A DNA stretch of 64,000 bases from an uncultured Mollicutes bacterium (GTDB lineage Bacteria > Bacillota_I > Bacilli_A > RFN20 > CAG-826). Location: positions 107,897 to 171,896 of the forward strand of contig CAMESG010000002.1 of assembly GCA_945936135.1 (NCBI GenBank). The letters are read 5' to 3'. The position numbers and the translations under genes were made by a program. This document shows, one piece after another, positions 10,261 to 20,265 of the stretch; within the stretch, counting starts at the first letter, position 1; each line of letters starts with the position of its first letter. The notes under the pieces were generated by a model that searched no databases, had not been told where the DNA came from, and saw only the letters and a program-made list of their open reading frames with translations.

Positions 10261-10971
10261 TTACTTATCTCCTTTCGTGGCGGCTTTGCGGGCCGCGCGT
10301 TCCGCATCACGCTTGGCTTTGATTTCTTCGGCCGTCTTCTTGCCGCGGAGAACCATGACACGTTCATAGCTCTTGAGGGATTGAAGACCCGCAGAAGTCG
10401 CGCGGATCACGTTGATCGGCGTGCGGGAGCCATAGACCTTGGCGACGACGTTCTTGATGCCGGCGAGTTCGACGACGGCGCGGACGGCGCCGCCGGCGAC
10501 GATACCGGTGCCCGCGGGAGCGGGTTTGAGAACGACTTTGGTCGCGCCGAAGACGCCTTCGACGTCATGGGCGATCGTGCCTTTGATCAATTGGATGCTG
10601 TACATGTGCTTGCGAGCCGCCGCGAGCGATTTCTTGATCGCGTCGGGGACTTCGCCGGATTTGGTCATCGCAAAACCGTATTTGCCCTTGCCATCGCCAA
10701 CGACGGCGAGCGCGGAGAAGCGGACATGCTTGCCGCCTTGGACGGTCTTGGAGACGCGGTTGATGGCGACGACTCTTTCGGTGAGACCATCATCGTTGCC
10801 AGTGCGGAAACCGCCGCGGCCACCGCGACGTTCCGAAGGACGTCCGCGGTGCGAACCGTCTTTGCGATCGCCAGGGCGGGGAGCAGCCACGGAGCCGTGG
10901 GGTTCATAGCCGCTCTTGGGGGCTTCCTCGGTCGCGTTTTCGACCGGGGTATTGACTTTGTTTTCTTCCAT
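10261..10971 (-). CDS. rpsE: 30S ribosomal protein S5 with N-terminal extension
   Basis: 'INRVSKTVQGG', 'PAPAGTGIVAGG'. Confidence 0.97.
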   Translation of the reverse strand: MEENKVNTPVENATEEAPKSGYEPHGSVAAPRPGDRKDGSHRGRPSERRGGRGGFRTGNDDGLTERVVAINRVSKTVQGGKHVRFSALAVVGDGKGKYGFAMTKSGEVPDAIKKSLAAARKHMYSIQLIKGTIAHDVEGVFGATKVVLKPAPAGTGIVAGGAVRAVVELAGIKNVVAKVYGSRTPINVIRATSAGLQSLKSYERVMVLRGKKTAEEIKAKRDAERAARKAATKGDK

Positions 10972-10982
10972 GTTCGTGCTCC

Positions 10983-11339
10983 TTAGAACTTGAGGCCGCC
11001 TTCACGCGCGGCGTCGGCCAAAGCGGCGACGCGGCCGTGATAGAGGTATCCGCCGCGGTCGAAGGCAACGATTTCGATGCCTTTCGCCTTGGCTTTCTCG
11101 GCGAGATCAGCGCCCACTTTGGCAGCGCCTTCACAGTTGCCGCCGTTGGTGAGCTTGAGTTGGACGGAAGAGCTGGAGACCAAGGTGACACCCTTCGTGT
11201 CGTCGATGATCTGAGCTTCGATGTGCTTGTTGGAGCGGAAGACGCAAAGGCGCGGCTTTTCCGCAGTGCCGGAGACCTTCGCGCGAACACGAGCGTGCTT
11301 GCGGAGGCGGGCAGCGTTTCTTGACGTTTTTTCGATCAT
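10983..11339 (-). CDS. rplR: 50S ribosomal protein L18
   Basis: '[12 protein letters not shown]', '[12 protein letters not shown]'. Confidence 0.97.
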   Translation of the reverse strand: MIEKTSRNAARLRKHARVRAKVSGTAEKPRLCVFRSNKHIEAQIIDDTKGVTLVSSSSVQLKLTNGGNCEGAAKVGADLAEKAKAKGIEIVAFDRGGYLYHGRVAALADAAREGGLKF

Positions 11340-11356
11340 AGGTGCTTTCCTCTTTC

Positions 11357-11905
11357 TTACTTCTTACCGCCGGCGGCACGTTTACCTTCCTTGCGGAGGA
11401 TGACTTCGCCCTTGTACTTGATGCCCTTGCCACCATAAGGTTCGGGACGGCGAGCATCATGGATGAGAGCGGCGGTCTGGCCGACTTTCTGCTTGTCGAT
11501 GCCTTCGACCGCGATGTGGGTTTCGTCCTTGGCCGAGATTTTGACACCTTCGACCGGGGCGATCACCACTTCGTGGGAATAACCGACGTTGAGGACGATC
11601 GAGGTACCGCGCATGGCGCAGCGGTAGCCGATACCGACGATTTCGAGCTCCTTCTTGAAGCCTTCGTGGACGCCCACAACCGCGTTGTGGATGTTGGCGC
11701 GGGTCGTTCCATGGAGGGTACGCTCTTCGATTTCATTGCCCTTGACGGTGCAATGAATCGCGCCGTCCTTCACCTCGACGCTCACGCAAGCGGGGACGCT
11801 CACGCTTAATTCGCCTTTGGGTCCTTTGACGGCGATGGCGCCTTCGCCCATGGTGGCCGTGACGCCTTCGGGAAGAACGATGGGTTTAAATCCAATACGA
11901 GACAT
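11357..11905 (-). CDS. rplF: 50S ribosomal protein L6
   Basis: 'MSRIG', '[13 protein letters not shown]'. Confidence 0.97.
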   Translation of the reverse strand: MSRIGFKPIVLPEGVTATMGEGAIAVKGPKGELSVSVPACVSVEVKDGAIHCTVKGNEIEERTLHGTTRANIHNAVVGVHEGFKKELEIVGIGYRCAMRGTSIVLNVGYSHEVVIAPVEGVKISAKDETHIAVEGIDKQKVGQTAALIHDARRPEPYGGKGIKYKGEVILRKEGKRAAGGKK

Positions 11906-11923
11906 AATTTCTTCCTTTCTAGA

Positions 11924-12319
11924 TTACCAGACGAAGCAGAGGACTTCGCCGCCGACGTTGGCCTTGCGGGCTTGCTTGTCGGTGAGAAGGCCGTTCGCCG
12001 TGGAGAGGATCGCGATGCCGAGTCCGTGGAGGACGGACGGGATCTTGTCGGCCGGGGCGTAAACGCGGAGGCCAGGTTTGGAAATCCTCTTAAGGTTCGT
12101 GATGACACGATCCCCGGTGTTGCTGTATTTGAGGTTGAGGACAAGGGTCTTCTTGCCGTCGGCCTCATCGATGCGGTAGTTTTCGATGAACCCTTCGCTC
12201 TTGAGGATCTTGGCGATGCCTTCCTTCATTTTGGAAGACGGCATGGAGACCTCTTCATAACGGAGAGCGTTGGCATTGCGGATGCGGGTAAGCATATCCG
12301 CGATTGGATCTGCGTTCAT
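11924..12319 (-). CDS. rpsH: 30S ribosomal protein S8
   Basis: '[13 protein letters not shown]', 'SKPGLRVY'. Confidence 0.98.
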   Translation of the reverse strand: MNADPIADMLTRIRNANALRYEEVSMPSSKMKEGIAKILKSEGFIENYRIDEADGKKTLVLNLKYSNTGDRVITNLKRISKPGLRVYAPADKIPSVLHGLGIAILSTANGLLTDKQARKANVGGEVLCFVW

Positions 12320-12338
12320 TGTTTCTGATCTCCTTTCA

Positions 12339-12524
12339 TTACCAAGAAGCCTTCTTCATGCCCGGGATTTCTCCCTTGTAGGCCAATTCACGAAGGCAGA
12401 TGCGGCAGAGGCCGAAGCGGCGAAGGACGCCGTGCGGACGGCCGCAGCGCTTGCAGCGGGTGTACTCGCGGGTGGAGAACTTCGCCGGGCGAGCAGCTTT
12501 ATTGATCAAACTTTTCTTAGCCAT
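12339..12524 (-). CDS. rpsN: 30S ribosomal protein S14 (Zn-binding type Z)
   Basis: CKRC...CRIC, 61 aa. Confidence 0.97.
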   Translation of the reverse strand: MAKKSLINKAARPAKFSTREYTRCKRCGRPHGVLRRFGLCRICLRELAYKGEIPGMKKASW

Positions 12525-12535
12525 GGGAATTCTCC

Positions 12536-13102
12536 TTATTTGCGGAACGGCATGCCGAGCTTTTCGAGCAAGGCAGCCGCTTCTTTGTCGCTGTGGGCGG
12601 TCGTGACGAGGACGATGTCCATGCCGCGGACCTTGGCGACTTTATCGTAATCGATCTCCGGGAAGATCAATTGTTCCTTGACGCCGACGGTGTAGTTGCC
12701 GTGGCCATCGAAGGAGTTGCGGCTGATGCCGCGGAAGTCACGAACGCGGGGGAGCGCGATGGAGACGAGCTTATCGAGGAACTCGTACATGCGGACGCCG
12801 CGGAGGGTGACCTTGCATCCGATGGCTTGGCCTTCGCGCACCTTGAAGGTCGCGATGGACTTCTTCGCCTTCGTGATGACGGGCTTTTGTCCCGTGATGG
12901 TCGCAAGATCGGCGACGGCATCATCGAGGGCTTTGGAGTTTTGGGTCGCATCGCCAACGCCCATGTTGACGACGATCTTCTCAAGGCGCGGGGCCATCAT
13001 GACCGAGGAATAGTTGAATTCCTTGACGAGGGCCGGGCGGATTTCTTCCTTGTACTTCTTCTCAAGACGGTTGACGTACTTGGCGGTGGTATTTTCTGCC
13101 AT
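12536..13102 (-). CDS. rplE: 50S ribosomal protein L5
   Basis: 'KIVVNMGVG', 'LPRVRDFRG'. Confidence 0.98.
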   Translation of the reverse strand: MAENTTAKYVNRLEKKYKEEIRPALVKEFNYSSVMMAPRLEKIVVNMGVGDATQNSKALDDAVADLATITGQKPVITKAKKSIATFKVREGQAIGCKVTLRGVRMYEFLDKLVSIALPRVRDFRGISRNSFDGHGNYTVGVKEQLIFPEIDYDKVAKVRGMDIVLVTTAHSDKEAAALLEKLGMPFRK

Positions 13103-13116
13103 GGTTCGTTACCTCC

Positions 13117-13422
13117 TTAATCAAGCGCCTCGCCGGATTTGGCGACGCGGATCTTCTTGCCGTCCACGACCTTGTGATAGATGCGGGTCGGCTTCTTGGT
13201 CTTCGGATCGATGACCATCACCTTGCAAGCGAGGATCGGGGCGTACATCTCGACGATGCTGCCTTCGGGGACCGCTTGGGTCGGCTTCTTGTGTTTCTTG
13301 CGGACGTTGACTCCTTCGACGACGACTTTGCCAAGCTTCGGGTAGGCGCGTTGAACGATGCCTTCCTTGCCCTTGTCGGCGCCGGAGATAACGACGACCT
13401 TATCACCTTTTTTGATGTTCAT
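13117..13422 (-). CDS. rplX: 50S ribosomal protein L24
   Basis: KOW motif '[18 protein letters not shown]'. Confidence 0.97.
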   Translation of the reverse strand: MNIKKGDKVVVISGADKGKEGIVQRAYPKLGKVVVEGVNVRKKHKKPTQAVPEGSIVEMYAPILACKVMVIDPKTKKPTRIYHKVVDGKKIRVAKSGEALD

Positions 13423-13434
13423 GTCTGTCTCTCC

Positions 13435-13803
13435 TTATAGAACCTCGACGGCAAGCGAGACGATCTTCATATAACCGGCGTCGCGGAGTTCGCGAGCGAC
13501 CGGCCCGAAGACGCGGGTGCCGACGGGATTGCCGTCATTGTCGATGATGACGACGGCGTTGTCGTCGAAGCTGATCGTGGAGCCGTCTTTACGTTGCACC
13601 GGGTGCTTCACGCGGACGATGACGCCTTTGACGACGTCGGATTTCTTCACTTTCGCATTCGGGGTGGCTTCCTTGACGGCGCAGAGAACCACGTCACCAA
13701 GGGAAGAGGATTTGCGGTGGCTTCCACCATAGAGGCGGAAGACGCGGACCGAGCGGGCGCCGGAGTTATCGGCAACCACGAGGTTGGTTTCGGTTTGGAC
13801 CAT
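13435..13803 (-). CDS. rplN: 50S ribosomal protein L14
   Basis: 'VADNSGA', '[12 protein letters not shown]'. Confidence 0.98.
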   Translation of the reverse strand: MVQTETNLVVADNSGARSVRVFRLYGGSHRKSSSLGDVVLCAVKEATPNAKVKKSDVVKGVIVRVKHPVQRKDGSTISFDDNAVVIIDNDGNPVGTRVFGPVARELRDAGYMKIVSLAVEVL

Positions 13804-14105
13804 TATTTGACCTCCTCAGCTTCGGTAGCGGCATCGTTCACGGCTTCAGGAACGATGGCCTTTTTGTCAATGCTCACAAGACGGAAGCGAACCATCTTGG
13901 AGATCGGACGGGTGGCCATGATGGTCACGACATCGCCGAGTTCGGCGCTGTTGTTCTCATCGTGGGCGTAGAATTTCTTACGGTAGCCAACGCGCTTTCC
14001 ATAAAGCGGGTGGTTGCGCTCCGTGGAGACGGTCACGACGATCGTCTTGTTCATTTTGACCGAAGTGACGGTCCCTTGAACGGAGATGCGATTGTTTCTT
14101 TCCAT
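13803..14105 (-). CDS. rpsQ: 30S ribosomal protein S17
   Basis: 'KMNKTIVV', 'HPLYGK', 'TRPISK'. Confidence 0.96.
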   Translation of the reverse strand: MERNNRISVQGTVTSVKMNKTIVVTVSTERNHPLYGKRVGYRKKFYAHDENNSAELGDVVTIMATRPISKMVRFRLVSIDKKAIVPEAVNDAATEAEEVK

Positions 14106-14116
14106 GGTGTGTCTCC

Positions 14117-14317
14117 TTACTTCTCAATGCCAAGCTCGCGTTGGCGCTTGACGGTTTCGGCCTTGGCGAGGTCCTTGCGCACGGCGCGGACGACGTTGCC
14201 ATTTTCGAGGTTTCCGACCGCTTTCTTGCGGCGAAGCTCGAAGAGTTGGCTCTTCAACTCGTAGATCTTTGCGTCGAGCTCCTGCGGAGTCAAGGCGCGG
14301 ATTTCTTTGATTTCCAT
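14117..14317 (-). CDS. rpmC: 50S ribosomal protein L29
   Basis: 'MEIKEIRAL...LFELR...VRKDLAK'; start at 14317 overlaps the rplP stop. Confidence 0.94.
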   Translation of the reverse strand: MEIKEIRALTPQELDAKIYELKSQLFELRRKKAVGNLENGNVVRAVRKDLAKAETVKRQRELGIEK

Positions 14318-14736
14318 TACTTTTCCTCCGTTTCGCGTTGGATGACTTTGCACTTCACCGGGAGCTTGTAGCCCGCGAGGCGGAGCGCTTCTTTGGCAAC
14401 GGTCGGATCGATGCCGCCGATTTCGAACATGACTGCGCCTTCCTTGACGACGGCGGCCCAGCCTTCGGGGCTTCCTTTACCGGAACCCATACGGACTTCG
14501 GCCGGCTTCTTCGTGAGGGCCAAATGCGGGAAGATGCGGATCCAGACCTTGCCGGCGCGGTCCGTGTAACGGGAGAGCACCTTACGGGCGGATTCGATCT
14601 GGCGATCGGTGACGTAGTTGCCTTCCAAGGCGACGAGGCCGAAGTCGCCGAAGCTGACTTTGGTTCCGCCTTTGGCTTTTCCTTCGTACTTCAAGCCATG
14701 GGGGCGACGGTACTTAACGCGTTTTGGTTGCAGCAT
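14317..14736 (-). CDS. rplP: 50S ribosomal protein L16
   Basis: '[10 protein letters not shown]', 'RMGSGKG'. Confidence 0.98.
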   Translation of the reverse strand: MLQPKRVKYRRPHGLKYEGKAKGGTKVSFGDFGLVALEGNYVTDRQIESARKVLSRYTDRAGKVWIRIFPHLALTKKPAEVRMGSGKGSPEGWAAVVKEGAVMFEIGGIDPTVAKEALRLAGYKLPVKCKVIQRETEEK

Positions 14737-15481
14737 TTTCGCTTCCTCCTTTGCGTTCGGGGCGGCGCGGCGCGCGGCGATCGTTGCCGCGGAACGTGCG
14801 TCCGGCGTTCGGAGCCTCTTCGTTCACATAGTCCATGTTGGTCTTGTTGAGCGAGCGGCAGATCCAGACCTTAACACCGATGTTGCCGTAGGTCGTGCTA
14901 GCACTGACGTGGGCGAAATCGATGTCGGCACGGATCGTGTGAAGGGGAACGACACCTTCTTTGTAGCCTTCGGCGCGGGCGATTTCGGCTCCGCCGAGAC
15001 GGCCGGAGCAGAGGGTCTTGCAGCCCTTGGCGCCGGCGCGGCGCATTCTTTGAATGGCTTTTTTCATGGTCGAGCGGAAGGCGGCGCGGTTTTCAAGCTC
15101 GCTAGCGATCCATTGGGCCATGAGGTTCGCATCGAGGTCCGGATTCTTGATCTCGACGACGTCGATGTGAACGAGTTCGGTTTTAAGAAGGGCTTTGACG
15201 GCGTCGGTGAGGCGCTTGATGTTGGCGCCTTCTTGGCCGAGGACTTCGCCTGGGCGGGCGACGTAGACGGCGATCTTGACGCTATAGCCCTTGTCCGTCT
15301 TCACGCGGCCGATTTCGACGCGGGAGAGAAGAGCGGATTTGAGTTCTTTGGTAAGGAATTTGCGGACGGCGATATCCTCGTTGAGGAATTTGCCGTACTC
15401 CTTCTTCGGAGCGTACCACTTGGAATTCCAATCGCGGTTGATACCAACGCGCATGCCAACGGCATTAACTTTGTGTCCCAT
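14714..15481 (-). CDS. rpsC: 30S ribosomal protein S3
   Basis: '[13 protein letters not shown]', '[11 protein letters not shown]', '[11 protein letters not shown]'. Confidence 0.98.
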   Translation of the reverse strand: MGHKVNAVGMRVGINRDWNSKWYAPKKEYGKFLNEDIAVRKFLTKELKSALLSRVEIGRVKTDKGYSVKIAVYVARPGEVLGQEGANIKRLTDAVKALLKTELVHIDVVEIKNPDLDANLMAQWIASELENRAAFRSTMKKAIQRMRRAGAKGCKTLCSGRLGGAEIARAEGYKEGVVPLHTIRADIDFAHVSASTTYGNIGVKVWICRSLNKTNMDYVNEEAPNAGRTFRGNDRRAPRRPERKGGSENAATKTR

Positions 15482-15499
15482 ACTTTGTTGGATTCCTCC

Positions 15500-16072
15500 T
15501 TAGTTCCTTTCCTTGACGACGACGCGGATGTTCGCGTTGCGTTTGACGATGCCCGAGGCGGAGCCTTTGGCACGCGGGATGAAGCGTTTGATTTTCAAGC
15601 CATCGCCGACTTGGATTTCGGCGACGTAGAGTTTCGAAGCGTCCATATTGAAGTTGTTGACGGCGTTCGCCGCAGCGCTCTTGATGGTCTTTTCGACGGC
15701 GGTAACGGCGGCCTTGTTGGTCACCGCGAGGATGCCGAGGGCAACCTTGACGTCCTTGCCACGGACGAGGTCGGCGACGAGGCGGACCTTGCGCGGGGTG
15801 ACGCGGACATCGCGGGAGAACGCGAGAGCTTCATGGACGGCCGGTTTGACCGGTTCGACCTTGACTTCGGCTTTCTTCTCGGCTTTCTTGGCCGGAGCGG
15901 CCTTTTTCGCCGGAGCGGCCTTTTTCGCGGTCGTCTTCTTGGCGGTCGCGGGCTTCTTTTCGACGGTTTCGACGGTCTCGGCGGCTTCCGCTTTCTTGGC
16001 GGGGGCCTTCTTGGCCGCGGTGGTCTTCTTTGCCGGAGCTTTCTTCACGGTTTTCTTGATTTCTTCAGCCAT
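15500..16072 (-). CDS. rplV: 50S ribosomal protein L22 with ~75-aa Lys/Ala-rich N-terminal extension
   Basis: Core 'RVTPRKVRLVADLVRG', 'SAAANA', 'PRAKG'; N-terminal AKK repeats. Confidence 0.95.
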   Translation of the reverse strand: MAEEIKKTVKKAPAKKTTAAKKAPAKKAEAAETVETVEKKPATAKKTTAKKAAPAKKAAPAKKAEKKAEVKVEPVKPAVHEALAFSRDVRVTPRKVRLVADLVRGKDVKVALGILAVTNKAAVTAVEKTIKSAAANAVNNFNMDASKLYVAEIQVGDGLKIKRFIPRAKGSASGIVKRNANIRVVVKERN

Positions 16073-16083
16073 GATGTTTCTCC

Positions 16084-16371
16084 TTACTTATTAGCGGCTT
16101 TGTCGCCGACGTTGTTGCCGTGGTGGCCAGGGAAGTTGCGGGTCGGGGCGAATTCGCCAAGCTTGTGGCCGACCATATCTTCGGTGACGTAGACGGTGAT
16201 GTGTTCGTGGCCGTTGTAGACCGCGAAGGTTTCTTCGACGAAGGCGGGATAGATCGTCGAACGGCGAGACCAGGTTTTGATGATCTCTTTTTTGCCGGAT
16301 TTTTGGTTCGCTTCGACCTTCTTCAGAAGGTATTCATCCACGAACGGTCCTTTTTTAGACGAACGAGACAT
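16084..16371 (-). CDS. rpsS: 30S ribosomal protein S19
   Basis: 'KKGPFVD', '[13 protein letters not shown]'. Confidence 0.98.
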   Translation of the reverse strand: MSRSSKKGPFVDEYLLKKVEANQKSGKKEIIKTWSRRSTIYPAFVEETFAVYNGHEHITVYVTEDMVGHKLGEFAPTRNFPGHHGNNVGDKAANK

Positions 16372-16389
16372 GTTCTATCTCTCCTTTCT

Positions 16390-17223
16390 TTACTTCTTGG
16401 AAGCGCGACGGACGATGAGGCGCGTCGAGTTCTTCTTGTTGTGGCGGGTCTTCACGCCTTGGCAACGCTTGCCCCAGGGGCTGCGCGGGGCATCGCGTCC
16501 GACAGGGCATTTGCCTTCGCCGCCGCCGTGAGGGTGATCACAGGGGTTCATCGCGGAACCACGGACGGTCGGACGGACGCCCTTCCAGCGGCTCTTGCCG
16601 GCTTTGCCGAGGTTGATCAAGGACCAATCCTCGTTGCCGACGATGCCGATCGTGGCACGGCACTTCTTCAACAGCTTGCGGACTTCGCCGGAAGCGAGAC
16701 GCACGATGACGTATTTGCCTTCGGAACCGAGGATCTGAGCGGAAGTTCCAGCGGCGCGGCACATTTGAGCGCCTTTGCCCGGTTGGAGCTCCACCGCGTG
16801 GATGAAGGTACCTTCAGGGATGTTTTGGAGTTCGAGGCAGTTGCCGACCTTGATGTCGGTCGCTTCGCCGGAGACGATGACGTCGCCAACTTTGAGGCCC
16901 TGCGGCTCGATGATGTAGCTCTTGGCGCCATCCGCATAGCAGATGAGCGCGATGTTCGCGTTGCGGTTCGGGTCGTATTCGATCGCCTTGACGGTCGCGG
17001 GGATGTTGTCCTTGCGACGGCGGAAATCGATCACGCGGTAGCGACGCTTGTTTCCACCACCGATGTGGCGGCAGGTGATTTTGCCCTGATTGTTGCGCCC
17101 GCCGGTCTTCTTGACCGTGCCGAGCAACGATTTTTCAGGAGCAGATTTGGTGATGTCCTCGAACGTGGAGTTCGTCATGGCGCGACGAGACTTGGTATAA
17201 GGACGATACGTTCTGATAGCCAT
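16390..17223 (-). CDS. rplB: 50S ribosomal protein L2
   Basis: 'GRNNQGKIT', '[13 protein letters not shown]'. Confidence 0.98.
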   Translation of the reverse strand: MAIRTYRPYTKSRRAMTNSTFEDITKSAPEKSLLGTVKKTGGRNNQGKITCRHIGGGNKRRYRVIDFRRRKDNIPATVKAIEYDPNRNANIALICYADGAKSYIIEPQGLKVGDVIVSGEATDIKVGNCLELQNIPEGTFIHAVELQPGKGAQMCRAAGTSAQILGSEGKYVIVRLASGEVRKLLKKCRATIGIVGNEDWSLINLGKAGKSRWKGVRPTVRGSAMNPCDHPHGGGEGKCPVGRDAPRSPWGKRCQGVKTRHNKKNSTRLIVRRASKK

Positions 17224-17283
17224 TTTCTGTTTCTCCTATATTGGATGCTTTACTTATATCTTTATATATAAGAGGGTGATTCC

Positions 17284-17631
17284 TTACTCTTTGAAGAGAT
17301 CGATGGCCGCGCCGTCAGCGAGGGTGACGATGGCTTTCTTGAAGCCGGAGATCGTCCCTTTGTAACGTCCGCCGCGGGTCGTCGTCTTCGCGATCTGGTT
17401 GATGACCTTGACGTCAACAACCTTGACTTGGAAGAGATGCTCGAAGGCATTCTTGATCTCGGTTTTGTTCGCAGACTTGGCAACTTTGACGGTCACTTTG
17501 TTCTGCTGTTGCATGAGGGCCATCGTCTTTTCGGTGATGACCGGAGCGATGACGACATCGAAGTCGTGGATGTCGGGCTTCGCGAAGGTCGCCTTGGTTT
17601 CTTCGACCGGAGTTTCAACTTTCTTAGCCAT
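17284..17631 (-). CDS. rplW: 50S ribosomal protein L23
   Basis: 'PVITEK', 'ANKTEIK', 'KKAIVTL'. Confidence 0.95.
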   Translation of the reverse strand: MAKKVETPVEETKATFAKPDIHDFDVVIAPVITEKTMALMQQQNKVTVKVAKSANKTEIKNAFEHLFQVKVVDVKVINQIAKTTTRGGRYKGTISGFKKAIVTLADGAAIDLFKE

Positions 17632-17632
17632 A

Positions 17633-18277
17633 TTACTTCAAGGCCTCCTCGATTTGATGGATGCCATCCTTCGAAACGATGATGTTGTCGAAGTAGAGGA
17701 CATCGTAGACGGAGATGTTGTCGTAGGTCGTGACAACGAGGTTTTCGATGTTACGAGCGGAAGCGACGACGTTCTCGTTCGCGATTTCGGTGACCAAGAG
17801 GTTCTTCTTGCCTTCGACCTTGAGGGCCTTGAGGCAAGCGACGAAGCTCTTCGTGGACACCTTGTCAAGGGTAAGGGCGTCGACGACGACGATTCCTTTG
17901 GCCTTGGCTTTCTCGGAGAGCACGCCACGGAGGGCGAGGTTGTGTTCCTTCTTGTTCTGCGAGAGTTTGTAGTTTTGATTGCCGGTCGGTCCGAAGACGA
18001 TGCCGCCACCAACCCAGACTGGGGACTTGACGTCGCCCGCACGAGCGCGTCCGGTTCCTTTTTGTCTCCAGGGTTTCTTGTTGGTGCCGTGGACTTCGTG
18101 GCGCTTCTTGGTCTTGGCCGTCGCCTGGCGAAGGTTCGCTTGGTAAACGGTGACCGCGTCTTTCACGACTTGGGGATTCACGTCTTTAACGCCGAAGACT
18201 TCGGCGGAGACTTCAACCTTGCCAGCGTCTTCGCCCGCGAGGGTGAGGACGTTCAAGCTGATTTTCTTAGCAGCCAT
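17633..18277 (-). CDS. rplD: 50S ribosomal protein L4
   Basis: '[14 protein letters not shown]', 'GGGIVFGP'. Confidence 0.97.
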   Translation of the reverse strand: MAAKKISLNVLTLAGEDAGKVEVSAEVFGVKDVNPQVVKDAVTVYQANLRQATAKTKKRHEVHGTNKKPWRQKGTGRARAGDVKSPVWVGGGIVFGPTGNQNYKLSQNKKEHNLALRGVLSEKAKAKGIVVVDALTLDKVSTKSFVACLKALKVEGKKNLLVTEIANENVVASARNIENLVVTTYDNISVYDVLYFDNIIVSKDGIHQIEEALK

Positions 18278-18280
18278 GGT

Positions 18281-18964
18281 TTATTCTCCTTTCTTCGTGA
18301 GGTCGATCGGGGCTTTGACCTCGGGTTTGCTGAATTGGGTGCGAACCGGGGTGCGGAGCATGACGATGCTCTTCTTCGGTCCGGGGACACCGCCTTTGAC
18401 GAGGATGTAGCCCTTTTCGGCGTTGGTCTCGACGACGGTGATGTTTTGGACGGTCACTTGCTTCGGTCCCCAGTGGCCAGACATGTGTTTGCCCGGGATG
18501 ATGCGGTTGTTGCAGCGGCCGTTGTTCGCAGCGGAGCCGATGCCGCGGTGATATCCAGAGCCATGTCCCTTCGGGCCGATGGTCATGTGGTATCTCTTGA
18601 TCGTGCCAGTGTAACCGTGTCCTTTGTTGTGTCCGATGACGTCGACGACGTCGCCAGCTTGGAAGAGGTCAGCGGTGAGGGTTTCGCCGATGGCCTTGCC
18701 GTAGATTTCGTCGCCCTTGAGCTCGTAGAGATGTTCTTTGGTCGCGACGCCGGCCTTCTTGTAAAGGCCAAGTTCGGGTTTGGTCAATTTGCGCTCGGCT
18801 TTGTCTTCGTAGCCGACGATGAGCGCTTCATATCCGTTCTTCTCGGTCGTTCTCTTGTCAACGACGACGTTCGGGAGAACCTCGATGACGGAGACGGGGT
18901 ACATCGTCCCGTCAGCGGCGAAGACCTGCGTCATGCCGATTTTGCGTCCGATGATAGCTTTCAT
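18281..18964 (-). CDS. rplC: 50S ribosomal protein L3
   Basis: 'GRKIGMTQVF', 'GPKGHGS', 'KGGVPG'. Confidence 0.97.
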   Translation of the reverse strand: MKAIIGRKIGMTQVFAADGTMYPVSVIEVLPNVVVDKRTTEKNGYEALIVGYEDKAERKLTKPELGLYKKAGVATKEHLYELKGDEIYGKAIGETLTADLFQAGDVVDVIGHNKGHGYTGTIKRYHMTIGPKGHGSGYHRGIGSAANNGRCNNRIIPGKHMSGHWGPKQVTVQNITVVETNAEKGYILVKGGVPGPKKSIVMLRTPVRTQFSKPEVKAPIDLTKKGE

Positions 18965-18981
18965 GATTTTGGTCCTCCTTC

Positions 18982-19293
18982 TTATAACTTGATGTCGATG
19001 TCGACGCCGGAGGCAAGATCGAGCTTGCGGAGCGCTTCCATCGTTTCTTTCGTCGGATTGATGATGTAGATCAATCTCTTGTGGGTGCGGATCTCGAATT
19101 GCTCGCGGCTATCCTTACACACGAAGGTAGCGCGGAGAATCGTGATGACCTGCTTTTCGGTCGGGAGGGGGATAGGCCCCTTGACCTTGGCATTCGTTTT
19201 CGCGGCGACGCTCAGGATTTTCTCGACGGACTTGTCAAGGATTTCGTGATCGTAAGCCGACAAGCGAATACGAATCGCTTTTTCTTTCGCCAT
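18982..19293 (-). CDS. rpsJ: 30S ribosomal protein S10
   Basis: '[10 protein letters not shown]', 'GPIPLPT', '[14 protein letters not shown]'. Confidence 0.98.
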   Translation of the reverse strand: MAKEKAIRIRLSAYDHEILDKSVEKILSVAAKTNAKVKGPIPLPTEKQVITILRATFVCKDSREQFEIRTHKRLIYIINPTKETMEALRKLDLASGVDIDIKL

Positions 19294-19304
19294 GAATGTT
19301 CCTC

Positions 19305-19418
19305 CTTAATGTATTTCAGGCTTCTTGGCCCTTACTCCGTGTGAATTCCCCGATATCCCTTTCATGACAACGCCTGTAGGTGTATCGGCAACCTCGCACT
19401 TCAACGCAAGCGCCAGCG
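19305..19418 (-). promoter_or_regulatory. S10 operon 5' leader (candidate structured cis-regulatory RNA)
   Basis: Minus strand 'GTTGAAGTGCGAGGTTGCCGATACAC...TATCGGGGAATT..GGAG' resembles Bacillota rpsJ leaders from memory; CCGATA/TATCGG can pair. Confidence 0.55.
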
Positions 19419-19424
19419 TGTAAG

Positions 19425-19453
19425 AGCATACGCGGGGGCGCAGGATACGTCAA
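19425..19453 (-). promoter_or_regulatory. Sigma-A promoter of the S10 operon
   Basis: TTGACG (19453-19448), 17 bp, TATGCT (19430-19425). Confidence 0.75.
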
Positions 19454-19584
19454 CACTTTTTTATTCGAATTATTCGAAACTTTCAGAAATTATCGGATCG
19501 GTGGAAAACCGAAGAAAAATCGGGCCTGAAATCGCCCGATCTCTTCGAATGTTTCTCGAATTTTTGTGCACGTTGCACAAACTT

Positions 19585-20265
19585 TCAATTTTTTTCAGGG
19601 TCAATCTTGGGATTTTCGCGTTCCGCTTTTTCCTTCATTCTTTGCGCGTAGGAATACTCGCACCCGCAATAGTCCTGATTGTACAAATCGTAATGGATTC
19701 GCATGGCGCGGCCGATCTCAATGCCGTTGTTTTTCTTGAAATCGCTATAGAAATACTTGCAATGAGGATGGTTGGCTTCCAGTTCTTGCCCAATCTTATT
19801 GAGGATCTGGCTGTTCTTCTGCCGAGAGATCGTCATCACCGTGCAGCAATAATCAAAGCCATGGGATTCGGCATAATCGTAGGCTTCCCCTATCCTTTTT
19901 CGGTAGCAGCGGAAGCAGCGCTCGCCTCCTTCTTTGAGGTTCGCGAATTCCCGCAAATCGGCCATATACGTTTGATGATCATACGTCGGTTCGATCAATT
20001 TCACGTCAAACCCGTAGTCTTTTTTCAAATCGAGCAAAAGTTTCTCCAATTCATTACGACGCCGCAAAAACTCCTCTTCCGGATAGATATTGGAATTCCC
20101 GTAATAGATCGTGACGTCAAAATGAGGGCAAAGAAACGTCAAAGGAAAGCAGGAACAAGGACCACAGCAAGCATGCAAAAGAAGGGTGGGTTTCTTATCG
20201 GCAGGCAACTCCTTTAGCTCCTCTAGCGAAACCTTATAGTAGTTCTTCTTCCCAATGTAAGGCAT
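19585..20265 (-). CDS. queH: Epoxyqueuosine reductase QueH (DUF208)
   Basis: 'LLLHACCGPCS', 'RCFRCY', 'YNQDYCGCEYS'; in an operon with queA and tgt. Confidence 0.92.
   Translation of the reverse strand: MPYIGKKNYYKVSLEELKELPADKKPTLLLHACCGPCSCFPLTFLCPHFDVTIYYGNSNIYPEEEFLRRRNELEKLLLDLKKDYGFDVKLIEPTYDHQTYMADLREFANLKEGGERCFRCYRKRIGEAYDYAESHGFDYCCTVMTISRQKNSQILNKIGQELEANHPHCKYFYSDFKKNNGIEIGRAMRIHYDLYNQDYCGCEYSYAQRMKEKAERENPKIDPEKN

Noticed and set aside
4823-19069. Very long plus-strand ORFs opposite the ribosomal operon (e.g. 14618-16192, 16120-17271, 17399-19069, 4823-5812)
   Set aside because: They are antisense shadows of highly biased genes whose codon usage avoids TTA/CTA/TCA. They span several genes and have no recognisable motifs.
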